Shown one piece after another: positions 7,368 through 16,024 of a DNA stretch of 27,614 bases. The notes beneath the pieces are model-generated. The model worked only from the letters and a program-made list of their open reading frames with translations. It searched no databases and was not told the origin of the DNA. A program made the position numbers and the translations under genes. The DNA lies in assembly GCA_964252075.1 (NCBI GenBank), contig CAXULY010000060.1:1-27614 (forward strand), given 5' to 3'. Position 1 is the first letter of the stretch, and each line of letters opens with the position of its first letter. This DNA is from an uncultured Deinococcaceae bacterium (GTDB lineage: Bacteria; Deinococcota; Deinococci; Deinococcales; Deinococcaceae).

Positions 7368-7622
7368 ATGCCGCAGAGGACACCAGGGCAGGACGGGCGA
7401 CCCGAGTGGTGGTTGATTCCCAACTCGTTCATCCCGCTCAGTTGGTGGTTTTTGGTCCTGAGCATTTTGTTTGGACTGTACCAGGCCGCTTGGGAGGTCG
7501 CTTACGTCAGGCGCAACGGCTTTGAAACCAGGCACCTGGTTGTTGACCTCATCCCATGGTTGTTTGTTGTCCTCGTGGGTGTAGGTTTATATCGAACCAA
7601 TCACATGCACCAGCGCGATTAG
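7368..7622 (+). CDS. Small two-TM membrane moron protein
   Basis: Two hydrophobic stretches; lower GC; TAATTT-6 nt-ATG 7368 (alternative start 7362). Confidence 0.65.
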   Translation: MPQRTPGQDGRPEWWLIPNSFIPLSWWFLVLSILFGLYQAAWEVAYVRRNGFETRHLVVDLIPWLFVVLVGVGLYRTNHMHQRD

Positions 7623-7626
7623 CCAT

Positions 7627-8394
7627 TCACTCTGTGTGACCGGGTTGCAAGCGGTCCGAGTTGATGTACGGCAATGCGCGGCAGCGGCATCGAATGGCGT
7701 CGCCGGGCTTCTCACCCTGACTGTCCCAGCGGTACCTGTGGCCGTCGCACGCGGCGTGGGTGTCGCGCACACGGGCGTCCTCGCGGGTGCGCCACAGAAA
7801 CTCCTTGATGCCGAGCGCGCGCTGCCGCGCCGCGTCCGCCCGAGCGGCAGCCGTGAGCATCTGGTCCTGCGCGATGAGCACGGCGCGCGAGCGGGACACC
7901 CCTGAGCGTTCCTGCAGCAGGTCCGCCGCGCGTTCGGCCGGCAGGCCGCGCCGCAGGGCTTCCCGGATGGTGCGGGACACATCGTTCTTGAATCGGGCCT
8001 GTTCCTTGTCCCAGTACCCATTCATCTCGCGGCGCTGGCGGTCCACGGCGCGGGCGCGCAGCTCGGCGCTGTCGTTGAACTTCAGCGCTGGGTTCTGGAA
8101 GGCGCTGAGGTCGTCCACGCTCAGCACCCGGTCCCGCACGGCCTCCCGGATGAGGCCCTCGATGCGCTTCGGGGGCGTGCGCGTGGCGCTGGCCGCCGTG
8201 TCCAGCTCCTTGAGCAGCGCGGGCAGCGCGGCGCGGCGCTGGGCGGGCGGCAGGTCGAGCGCCCCGCGCAGCTGCCCGGTGAGCGCATCGAAGCTTGCGC
8301 GGCGGTACTGGCGGAGCACCTCGCGCCGGGCTTCGTCCAGCTGCGCGCTCTCCCGGCGGGTGTAGGCGCGCAGCAGCACCTGGAGGTCCGCCAT
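7627..8394 (-). CDS. Phage minor head protein (SPP1 gp7 / Mu gpF family)
   Basis: RAVLIAQDQ, W-T-ED-RVRDTH...DG, PG..IRCRC motifs; directly after portal. Confidence 0.92.
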   Translation of the reverse strand: MADLQVLLRAYTRRESAQLDEARREVLRQYRRASFDALTGQLRGALDLPPAQRRAALPALLKELDTAASATRTPPKRIEGLIREAVRDRVLSVDDLSAFQNPALKFNDSAELRARAVDRQRREMNGYWDKEQARFKNDVSRTIREALRRGLPAERAADLLQERSGVSRSRAVLIAQDQMLTAAARADAARQRALGIKEFLWRTREDARVRDTHAACDGHRYRWDSQGEKPGDAIRCRCRALPYINSDRLQPGHTE

Positions 8395-10124
8395 CAGTCA
8401 GCGGGGGCCGGTTCAGGCTCGGGGTCGGGTTCCCGCTCCGGGTCTGGCACGGGCGGCTCCGCGCCTCCGGCCTGATCGGCGGCCTGCTGGTCCGCGATCA
8501 TCTCGTCGGTGATGAAGTCGAACCCGGCGGCCCGCAGCGCGCGCATCACCAGGAACATCGGGATGCCCGCGGCAGCCAGCTGGAACGCCAGCACGGGCGT
8601 AACGCCCTCTGCCTTGCGGGTGGCGCGCATGGCGTCCACGTCCTCCACGCCGATGCGCCCCAGGAAGTCCTCCTCACTGGTGGCGCCCGCCTTGTACAGT
8701 GCCAGCGCCCCGGTGATGTCCTCGGCGGTGGGCTGCACGGCGGTCAGGCGCGCCTGCGTGGCGACGCGGTAGGCGTCCGCTTCGCCCGCGCGGCCCGCGA
8801 AGTACAGCCCGAGCTGCAGCACAGTGCCGAGCACCCAGCGCACCAGCTGCTCCAGCGCGATGCGGGTGGGCTCCAGGCTCGACACGAAGTCGTTCACGGC
8901 CTGTTGGCGCGAGACGCCCGAAGCGGTGGCGTCCCCGCTGATCAAGACGTGCAGCTGCTTCGCCTCGTCGAAGATCGCCTCGCGCGCCGCGTCGAAGCTG
9001 TCCGTGAACGTCGTGACCGCCACGGGGTCGCGGTAGATGACGCTGGGCGTGCTGAACTGCCCGCTCGGCACGAGGTTCTTCGGGTTGTTCGGGTCCGGCT
9101 GCATGACGGCCACGCCGTTCAGGAAGTTCACGACGCCGGGCCCCTTGTTGAACGGCGCGGCCTCGAAGCGCCGGCCGCCGGGCGCGTCCTTGTCCTGCAC
9201 CCACTTGCCGGGCATCTGCGCGTTGAGGATGGTCGTCTCGACGAAGCCGCCCACGTCCGCGTTCCGGGAGAGCATGGTGAGGGCTTTGTTCGCCAGCTTC
9301 TGCAGCCGCACGATGCTGTCCGTCACGAGCGGCTCGAGGTTCACCTCGAAGATCAGCAGGTCACTCACGGGGAAGGTGTTAGGCGGCGCGAGGTCCGTGC
9401 CGCCGCCCGCGACGTTCGGGTGCACGACCGTCTGGCCGTCCACGCGTTCGTGCAGTTCCCAGAGCTCCTGATTGGCGCTGTCCTTCCACTGGTGGTACGC
9501 GCCCACCACGTGACCGTCCGCGTCCCGCAGCACGCCGGTCTGGTTCCAGGCGGGCGCGTGGACGCTGATGCGGCCCACGGTCTGCGCGAGCGCCTCTTTC
9601 GGCACCATGCCGTTCACGATGTTGCGCTTGTGGATGAACAGCCGCACGGTGCCCTTCCCACTCCACAGGGCGGTGCGCAGACACTGCTGCACCGCGAGCC
9701 ACACGCCCGAGTCGTCCCACCAGCTGGTGAGGGCGTCGGTGTACTCCGTGATCCGTACCTGCTCGGCCCCGGTGGGCTCCTGGCCCTTCGCGATGCGGCG
9801 GCGGGGCGCGACGCTGTACAGCGGCTCGCGGCCCGCCACGCCAGACTGGTGGCGCTGCACGATGTCCCGGAGGAGGTTGCGGCTCACGAAGACGCGCTCA
9901 ATCTCCCCGATGACCCGCCCGGCGTCCTGGCGCGGGTCCTCCAGCGGCATCGGCCCGGCCCACCCGCCGCCCTTCGCCCACTGATCCCCGGCGTACAGGG
10001 CCGCCGTGACCTGCAGGGTGTGGTCGCCGCTGCGCGCGGTGCGGGTGCGTTCGGCGGCCTGCACCTGGGCGGCCAGGGGCGGGAGTTGCGCGCCAGCAGG
10101 CACGACGATGGTGGGCGCGGTCAT
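8394..10124 (-). CDS. Portal protein
   Basis: 576 aa between terL and minor head; ASGVSR motif and acidic Pro-rich tail; start set by the upstream motif. Confidence 0.8.
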   Translation of the reverse strand: MTAPTIVVPAGAQLPPLAAQVQAAERTRTARSGDHTLQVTAALYAGDQWAKGGGWAGPMPLEDPRQDAGRVIGEIERVFVSRNLLRDIVQRHQSGVAGREPLYSVAPRRRIAKGQEPTGAEQVRITEYTDALTSWWDDSGVWLAVQQCLRTALWSGKGTVRLFIHKRNIVNGMVPKEALAQTVGRISVHAPAWNQTGVLRDADGHVVGAYHQWKDSANQELWELHERVDGQTVVHPNVAGGGTDLAPPNTFPVSDLLIFEVNLEPLVTDSIVRLQKLANKALTMLSRNADVGGFVETTILNAQMPGKWVQDKDAPGGRRFEAAPFNKGPGVVNFLNGVAVMQPDPNNPKNLVPSGQFSTPSVIYRDPVAVTTFTDSFDAAREAIFDEAKQLHVLISGDATASGVSRQQAVNDFVSSLEPTRIALEQLVRWVLGTVLQLGLYFAGRAGEADAYRVATQARLTAVQPTAEDITGALALYKAGATSEEDFLGRIGVEDVDAMRATRKAEGVTPVLAFQLAAAGIPMFLVMRALRAAGFDFITDEMIADQQAADQAGGAEPPVPDPEREPDPEPEPAPAD

Positions 10125-10151
10125 GATGACAGCGTCCAAGACGGCGTGACA
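10125..10151 (-). promoter_or_regulatory. Late-promoter motif (leaderless portal)
   Basis: TGTCAC-GCCGTCTTG-GACGCT-GTCATC-ATG. Confidence 0.65.
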
Positions 10152-10184
10152 GGCACGCCGTAACCGCCTGGAGTCGAGCCAGTG

Positions 10185-10218
10185 GCCCCGGACGAGCCAG
10201 ATGCGGCTCGTCCGGGGC
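10185..10218. terminator. 14-bp hairpin downstream of the beta-helix moron
   Basis: GCCCCGGACGAGCC-agatgc-GGCTCGTCCGGGGC; no clear U-tract. Confidence 0.55.
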
Positions 10219-10324
10219 TGTGATGGTCAGGCTGAAGGATCAGGAGCGGTTGGTGGGTCTTCTGGCTTCGCGGTCGGCGACTGCAGTCACCCTGCACACC
10301 GCGCTGTCGGACGCGCCATGCGCT

Positions 10325-11824
10325 TCAATTCGCCAGGTGGATGGTGAGGGACCCAGGGGTTTCGTCGATCGCGTGGATCCAGAAGTTGAGCCCGCCGTTG
10401 GCCGTCGTCCCGGATTTCACTTCCTTCACCGCGTACTGTCCCGCATGGTCCGCGCCCTGCACGTCGGCATTCCAGGTGTTCCCGACCGCCTCCAGCGTGG
10501 GGTTCCACTCATCGGTGTAGAAGTTCACGCTGTACTGGCTGCTGCCCCGGAAGGTGTTGTGCCCGGGCGCGGCGGACGTCCCGAGGTCCACGAACGAGGA
10601 GCTGGCTTCGACGCCGATCTTGCCGCCAGTGATGCTGGTGTTCCGGAGCTTGACGATCGCCGCATCGACGCCCATCTCGTTGTTCGTCAAGGTGCTGCCT
10701 GACACGTCCAGGCGAGCCGCCCGCCCGCCGGAAATGGCGGTGCCGTTGCCGGTGAAGGTGCTGTTCTTGATGCTTACCGTGGAGATGCCGTTGGCGATCA
10801 CCGCGAAGGTGTGGTTGTTGACGGTCAGGTGATCCGCTTCAAGCACCGAGGAGTCCTCAGTGTGCGCGAAGATGGTCGAGCGGTTCTTGATGCCGTTGAC
10901 GTTCACCCGGGTGAGCTTCAGGTGGGCGTTCTGGTACACATCCACCATGGTGTCCACCCCGCAGTTCAGGCTGGAGGGCACGAGGCTGCTGTCCGCGATG
11001 TCTGCGGTGGCCGCGCCCGCCAGGCTCATCAGTGCGCCCGTGAAGGTGTTGAATTTCGTGTTCGTGACCTTCAGGTGGGCGTTCTCCTGAAAGCGCAATG
11101 CCGCGTACGGACCCTGGCAACTCCCGGAGAAGTCGAACACGCCGCCATCCAGGCTGACCTGAGCCTGTTGTTCCCCCATGATGCCCGTGCTCGCGTCCGT
11201 CATGAACAGGGAGGGTTTGGTCAGTGTGACGTGCGAGGTGCCGTAGGCATCAAGGGCGATCCGCGACCCGATGAAGTTGAGGTTCGAGAGGGTCAGGTTG
11301 CCTTTCTCGGCCTCGAGCGCCTGGTCGAAGCCGTCAAGCTCCAGGTTCTTGAGGGTGGCGTCCCCAGCGAACGTGAGGGCGAGGTCGTCGGCCTTGCCGT
11401 CCGCGCCGGGTTTCGTGGAGAGGAAGGTGAGCTTCGCGCCGGTGGACGACACGCTGCCTTCAATGATGACGCCGTTGGGGACGGTGAGGGGGAAGGTGTC
11501 GCCGCTGGTCGGGAAGTCCAGCTTGCCGATCACGCCGGGCAGGAGCTTTAGGGTGTCGCCCGCACTGGAGCCCTTGAGGCCACGCGCCAAAGTCCTGTAC
11601 GCCCGAGTGGGTTGCAGGCCGTCGTTCTTGTCGTTGCCGTGCACCGGGTCCACGTAGCGCGTCTTGATGGTCTGCGCCGTGACGGGCGCGCTGGCGGGTG
11701 TGTCACCTGCCGCGGGCGTGGCGGCGTCAGAGACGGGGGTGCGAATGGGGGTGGTGCCGCAGGAGGCCAGGGCGCCGAGGGTCAGCGCGCCGAGCAGGGT
11801 CAGTTTCACGGTCCGGTCCATCAT
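10325..11824 (-). CDS. Lipoprotein with DUF1565-like / right-handed beta-helix domain
   Basis: AAAAGGAG RBS; lipobox LASC; YVDPVHGNDKNDG...YRTLARGL..GDTLKLLPG; repeated beta-helix-type coils (I-NSTFTGN-TAI). Confidence 0.85.
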   Translation of the reverse strand: MMDRTVKLTLLGALTLGALASCGTTPIRTPVSDAATPAAGDTPASAPVTAQTIKTRYVDPVHGNDKNDGLQPTRAYRTLARGLKGSSAGDTLKLLPGVIGKLDFPTSGDTFPLTVPNGVIIEGSVSSTGAKLTFLSTKPGADGKADDLALTFAGDATLKNLELDGFDQALEAEKGNLTLSNLNFIGSRIALDAYGTSHVTLTKPSLFMTDASTGIMGEQQAQVSLDGGVFDFSGSCQGPYAALRFQENAHLKVTNTKFNTFTGALMSLAGAATADIADSSLVPSSLNCGVDTMVDVYQNAHLKLTRVNVNGIKNRSTIFAHTEDSSVLEADHLTVNNHTFAVIANGISTVSIKNSTFTGNGTAISGGRAARLDVSGSTLTNNEMGVDAAIVKLRNTSITGGKIGVEASSSFVDLGTSAAPGHNTFRGSSQYSVNFYTDEWNPTLEAVGNTWNADVQGADHAGQYAVKEVKSGTTANGGLNFWIHAIDETPGSLTIHLAN

Positions 11825-11895
11825 CGTTGCTCCTTTTCGGGGAGACCGCGCGCCGCTGCGTGCCGTCCCGCTGACCGACACCTTAGGTAAAGGGG

Positions 11896-11935
11896 CGTCA
11901 CGACCCCGTCAGAGTGCGTCAGAGTCCGTCTCAGT
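11896..11935. repeat. 10-11-bp-phased direct repeats upstream of the beta-helix gene
   Basis: CGTCA(11896), CGTCAGAGT(11907), CGTCAGAGT(11917), CGTCTCAGT(11927). Confidence 0.75.
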
Positions 11936-11959
11936 GCCTGACCTGCTGGCTCCCGAGCG

Positions 11960-13639
11960 TCAGCCGCCAAAGCCGACGCTGTTACTTTCGGGCACCACCT
12001 GCTCAATGGGCTCCGGCGCGGGCGCGAAGCTGTACATGAGTGCCTCCGCGAAGTCGGGCGAGCTGGTGCCCTCGCCGTACTTGTTAACGAGGATCTTGTC
12101 GCTCTGCCCCTGCTTCCTGTACGTCGGCTGGCTGAGCTGCCCGAGCAGCTTCATCAGGTGCGGGTTCCCCTTCAGCGGCGCGAGGCTGATGCAGTCCTCG
12201 TCGGCGTGCGGCTTGCCCTGCGTGACGCGCTCCCAGGTGTTCCGGAAGCGCAGCCGGAGGCGCCACCACAGCTCGGCGGCGTAGTTCGCGAAGCGCTTCT
12301 GCGCGAGCAGGTCCGGCCGGTCCGCGTACTCCGTCCAGGTGGGCTTCTCGCTGTTCGCGAGGCCCTCGATGATGAACGGCAGCGTGTCCTTGTCGCGCGC
12401 GAGGGTGCGCGTGATGCTGGCGCCCACGCCGAGGCGGTCGTACAGCAGCGCCCGGATGCCGTCCTGCGTGGCGCGCTCGCGCACGTCGTCCTCGATGCCC
12501 TCGCCCAGGAGGGGCAGGATGTCCAGCACGTTCGGGCCGTCCCGCACGGCGTACACCGTCGCGTCGTCCCCCTCGGCGCTCACGTCGAGGCCGCCCTGCC
12601 GCTCGCCGTCCCCCTGCAGCTCCAGGTCCAGCGCGGCCTGCACGTACTTCTGCGGGATCACGATGCCGTGCGCGCTCGCGGTGTAGTCGATGTCGATTTC
12701 CTGCGCGATGATCACGGGGTCGTCGATGCGGTCCACCGCCCACTCGTACCAGGGGTACATGGTGCGCTCCTCGCCCTTCGCGTCGAGGTACCGCGCCTGG
12801 AAGTTCTTCTCGGGGTTCAGGCGCCAGCTAAAGGTGAACACGTTGATCTTGCCGCTGAAGCGCTTCTTGTAGAACAGGTTCCCGACGCCCTTCAGGGTGC
12901 TGCCGTAGATGATCGTGCGGGTGTTCTCGCTGAGCGCGCTGTCCACGCTCTCCGCGCGCTCGATGGCGGCGTGTTCGTCCACGAAGTACACGGTGTTGCG
13001 CCCACCGCGGCCGATGTTGTCCCCGGCCTCGCCCGTGATGGTGTTGCCGTTCTGCGGGTTCGTGCAGCGCATGAAGGTGGCGTGCAGCTTGCGCCGGAAG
13101 CCGCGGGGCTTCATCCAGCGCGGCAGCTTGTCGATCAGGAAGCGGATCTTTTCGAAGATGCTGTCCGGGTCGCCCAGGCGGTCCACCAGCGCCTCTTTGC
13201 GGCTGCCGATGCCGCCCTTGAAGTCCCGCCAGAACAGCCAGTGGTGCACGTAGAACGCGCACAGCACCCACGTCATGCCCTCGTCGCGGCTCTTCTCGGT
13301 GAGGCCGTTCTGGCGGTTCAGGATGCGCTCGTCGAGCCACCGCACGTACTCTTCCTGCCGGGGCCGCAGCGCGAGCGGCAGCACGCCCGGCAGGCCCTCC
13401 GCGACGTTGCGCGGGTCGAGCGTCCAGCAGAACGTGTTGATGAACCACAGCGGATCGCGCCGGGCCTTCTCGACCGCCACCAGCCGGGCGTCCGCGTCCT
13501 GGCCCAGGGTGGAGAGGAGGCGCACGCGGCGCTGCACCTGCGCGCGGATGTGCGCGGCGCGCGCCACCGTGCGGATCAGCAGGCTCTCCCGGATGGCCGC
13601 CTCGCGCGACGGGAAGACCGTGGGGCTGGCGAGGCTCAC
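11960..13639 (-). CDS. terL: Terminase large subunit
   Basis: EKSRDEGMTW (Walker A type), YFVDEHA (Walker B), GLDVSAEGDD and SPDFAEAL nuclease motifs; GTG start overlaps terS stop. Confidence 0.93.
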   Translation of the reverse strand: MSLASPTVFPSREAAIRESLLIRTVARAAHIRAQVQRRVRLLSTLGQDADARLVAVEKARRDPLWFINTFCWTLDPRNVAEGLPGVLPLALRPRQEEYVRWLDERILNRQNGLTEKSRDEGMTWVLCAFYVHHWLFWRDFKGGIGSRKEALVDRLGDPDSIFEKIRFLIDKLPRWMKPRGFRRKLHATFMRCTNPQNGNTITGEAGDNIGRGGRNTVYFVDEHAAIERAESVDSALSENTRTIIYGSTLKGVGNLFYKKRFSGKINVFTFSWRLNPEKNFQARYLDAKGEERTMYPWYEWAVDRIDDPVIIAQEIDIDYTASAHGIVIPQKYVQAALDLELQGDGERQGGLDVSAEGDDATVYAVRDGPNVLDILPLLGEGIEDDVRERATQDGIRALLYDRLGVGASITRTLARDKDTLPFIIEGLANSEKPTWTEYADRPDLLAQKRFANYAAELWWRLRLRFRNTWERVTQGKPHADEDCISLAPLKGNPHLMKLLGQLSQPTYRKQGQSDKILVNKYGEGTSSPDFAEALMYSFAPAPEPIEQVVPESNSVGFGG

Positions 13640-14475
13640 AGGTCCGCCCCGAGGAGCCGCATGGCTTGTGCCTGCAGGTCCGCGTCCGTCGCGTCCTCCA
13701 GGCCCGTGCTGGGCGGCAGGCCGCCCGAGCCGCCCGCGTCGTCGTCGTCCTTCGTCCACAGCCCATGCAGGCGCCCGAGCACGTCGCGCGCGTGCTCCGC
13801 GCTCTTCAACTCGATGGTCGGGCCGTGCGGCGTGTACTTCACGCTCTTCAGCAGGTGCAGCACGCCCAGGTCGCGCGCCTTCGCGAGGTCCAGGCGCTCC
13901 ACCTCGCGCGCCGTGGGCGCACCGTACACCCACCGCGTGGCCTTCGGGTTCACTTCCATCTCCATCTCCATGCGCAGCGCCGCCAGCTTCCGGTCCGCCT
14001 GCGCGCCCTGGTGCTGCTTCAGGGCCTTGCCAATCAGCCCGGCGCGCTTCGCGAACCGCTCCTCGAAGTCAATCTCCTGGAAGAGTTCCTCCAGCAGCTT
14101 CGACACGGGGCGCTGCAGCCGGGGCCGGTGCTCCACCGTCTCGAAGGTCCAGAAGTCCTCGAGCGTCCCGCGCGCCACTTCCGCCGTGCGGCTCTTCACC
14201 TCACCGGCGCCCATGGCGTGCTCGTCTTCCCCGAGCCGCAGGGCGCGCCGGATGTCAACAAATGTCAGCAGGCGCTGCCCCTGGGACCGCGCCGTGCTCG
14301 GGCTGTACCCGGCGGCTTTCGCGGCCCTGGTGGCGTTCGGGCGTTCGAGGTACGACGTGATGAACCTGCGCCGCTGTGGGGACAGCTGACGCAAAGCTTC
14401 CTCGTAGGTTTTGGGCTCTTGGGGCACTTTGCCCCCGGAGGGCGTGGGCGCGCCCCCTGGGCTACGCCGTGTCAT
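13636..14475 (-). CDS. terS: Terminase small subunit
   Basis: L-PQRRRF...Y....NATRAAKAAGYSPSTA...GQRLL N-terminal HTH typical of Terminase_2. Confidence 0.92.
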   Translation of the reverse strand: MTRRSPGGAPTPSGGKVPQEPKTYEEALRQLSPQRRRFITSYLERPNATRAAKAAGYSPSTARSQGQRLLTFVDIRRALRLGEDEHAMGAGEVKSRTAEVARGTLEDFWTFETVEHRPRLQRPVSKLLEELFQEIDFEERFAKRAGLIGKALKQHQGAQADRKLAALRMEMEMEVNPKATRWVYGAPTAREVERLDLAKARDLGVLHLLKSVKYTPHGPTIELKSAEHARDVLGRLHGLWTKDDDDAGGSGGLPPSTGLEDATDADLQAQAMRLLGADL

Positions 14476-14788
14476 GCCCCCAGTGTCGGGCGGCGCGTGA
14501 CAGCTTCCGGATCGTTCCTGGCGCGGGTTTCCACGTGCGGGGCAGGGCGGTGATCAGCAGGTGGTGCGTGGCGTCGAACACCGCGCGGATGTCGCGGTCC
14601 CGGTACCGGAACTGCAGCACGATGCGGTCGTCGTGCCCGTTGCCGATGGCCTCCCAGCGGCAGCGCCCGTCCCGCAGGGCGCCGCACATGCTGAGGTCAT
14701 CGCTCCAGCTGATGCGCAGGCGGTAGCGCCGCCACAGGCGCTTGCGGAAGTGCCGGTACGGGGGCTAGCGGACGTCACGGGTGATCAT
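14462..14788 (-). pseudogene. Interrupted phage hypothetical gene
   Basis: MITRDVR*PPYRHFRKRLWRRY...: in-frame TAG at 14765-14767, or a frameshift in the C5 run after coupled GTG 14778. Confidence 0.6.
14476..14502 (-). promoter_or_regulatory. Late-promoter motif (leaderless terS)
   Basis: TGTCAC-GCGCCGCCC-GACACT-GGGGGC-ATG. Confidence 0.65.
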
Positions 14789-15188
14789 CGTCGGGGTCGG
14801 GTGAGGCGCGGCCCTGCGCGGGTGAAGGCCGGGTCTCGCGCTCGCGCTGCTCCGCGAGGAGGCCGGACTGGTTCCGGTTCACCTTCGACCCGGCGGCGAG
14901 CGCGCGGCCCGCCTTGAGGCGGCGCCTGCACGTCTCGCGGTTCACGCCGCTGTGCTGGCTCAGCCAGCGCGGGAAGTCCCCGCCGATGGCGTGCCGCATG
15001 AAGTCCAGGTACAGCTCGAACGCCTCGCGCGCCTGCCGCTGGAGGCCCGAGCGGCCCGGCCCGCCCACGAGGGCCCAGCGATCCGCGCGCTTCTGGAGGG
15101 CCTGGATGTCCTCGGGGCTCACGCGGCGGCGCTTGTCCTCTTTGCTTGACACACTTTGTGTCAGCTTGTACCGCTCCTGCCCGCTCAC
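14775..15188 (-). CDS. Phage hypothetical, possible HTH protein
   Basis: GTGA-coupled to the upstream gene; FPRWLSQHSGVNRETCRRRL is HTH-like. Confidence 0.6.
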   Translation of the reverse strand: MSGQERYKLTQSVSSKEDKRRRVSPEDIQALQKRADRWALVGGPGRSGLQRQAREAFELYLDFMRHAIGGDFPRWLSQHSGVNRETCRRRLKAGRALAAGSKVNRNQSGLLAEQRERETRPSPAQGRASPDPDDDHP

Positions 15189-15403
15189 GCGTTTTCCTGC
15201 ATGGGGTGGCGGGATGTCACGGCCCGCCGGGCGCGCAGGCCGTTCATGGCCCAGAAGCGCGCCTCCTGGCCCTCGAGGTGCGCCTCCCACTCCTCGCGCG
15301 TGCGGGCGCCCGCCATGATGGCCTCGTGCGGGCTGGTGAAGGTGGTGCCGCGCAGGAAGGCGCGCGCGGCGCGGTGGGCGTGGTGATGGGGTTTGCGCGG
15401 CAT
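15185..15403 (-). CDS. Phage hypothetical (72 aa)
   Basis: AAAGGAGG RBS before ATG 15403; stop overlaps the next start. Confidence 0.7.
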   Translation of the reverse strand: MPRKPHHHAHRAARAFLRGTTFTSPHEAIMAGARTREEWEAHLEGQEARFWAMNGLRARRAVTSRHPMQENA

Positions 15404-15463
15404 GGGGCCTCCTTTGGGGGATGTGGGCATCGGGATGAACCGAGGAGCACCTAGACTCCAGCC

Positions 15464-15730
15464 ATGGATTTGGGGTTCCCCGTGTGGCTGAGGTTGCTGA
15501 TTTCAACGCTGTTCGTGGTCCTCGCAAGTTCGGCGGCCCGGCGAGGCTGGGGGCTGACGCCGTTTTTCGTGATCGCCGCCGTGTCGGTCGCGGGGTGGGC
15601 GGCGGCGCGTTTCGGCACCGGCACCTGGACCCAGGTGCCTCCGGTAGTGTTTGCCATGCCGTATGTCGTTGAGGTCCTGGTGCTCATCTACATGAACCTG
15701 CGGCCCCGGACGCTCCGCCGGTTGAGGTGA
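15464..15730 (+). CDS. Small 3-TM membrane moron protein
   Basis: Hydrophobic 88 aa; TAGACT-6 nt-ATG; antisense to the phage operon. Confidence 0.75.
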   Translation: MDLGFPVWLRLLISTLFVVLASSAARRGWGLTPFFVIAAVSVAGWAAARFGTGTWTQVPPVVFAMPYVVEVLVLIYMNLRPRTLRRLR

Positions 15731-15754
15731 GGTGGCGGGTCCACACGGTGGGGG

Positions 15755-16024
15755 TCACGGCTGGCGCTCCAGCGCGGCGCGCCCGGCGGGCGTGAGGGTG
15801 CACGCGCAGCGCAGGTGCGGCCTGTGCCCCTGCAGTGCAGTTGTGATCAGCCCACGCCCTTCGAGCGTCCGGACCGTCAGCAGGGCGGCCTTGCGGTCCA
15901 CGCGGCGTTCGGCGGCGATCTCGTGGACGGCGATGCCGGGCCGCTCCGCGATGAGCTGCAGGGTGCGCCGCCACGCGTGCGTGGTCAGGGCGTTCGGGTG
16001 AACCAGGAGCGCAGCGGCCGTCAC
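15755..16024 (-). CDS. MarR-like winged-helix protein
   Basis: LIAERPGIAVHEIAAE...VRTLEGRGLI...LTPAGRAAL; GTG overlaps the DnaC-like stop. Confidence 0.75.
   Translation of the reverse strand: MTAAALLVHPNALTTHAWRRTLQLIAERPGIAVHEIAAERRVDRKAALLTVRTLEGRGLITTALQGHRPHLRCACTLTPAGRAALERQP

Noticed and set aside
8295..14389. Long + strand ORFs 8295..10163 and 12158..14389 (also 4047..5123)
   Set aside because: Antisense shadows of portal, terminase and capsid genes, expected with high GC3; no motifs.
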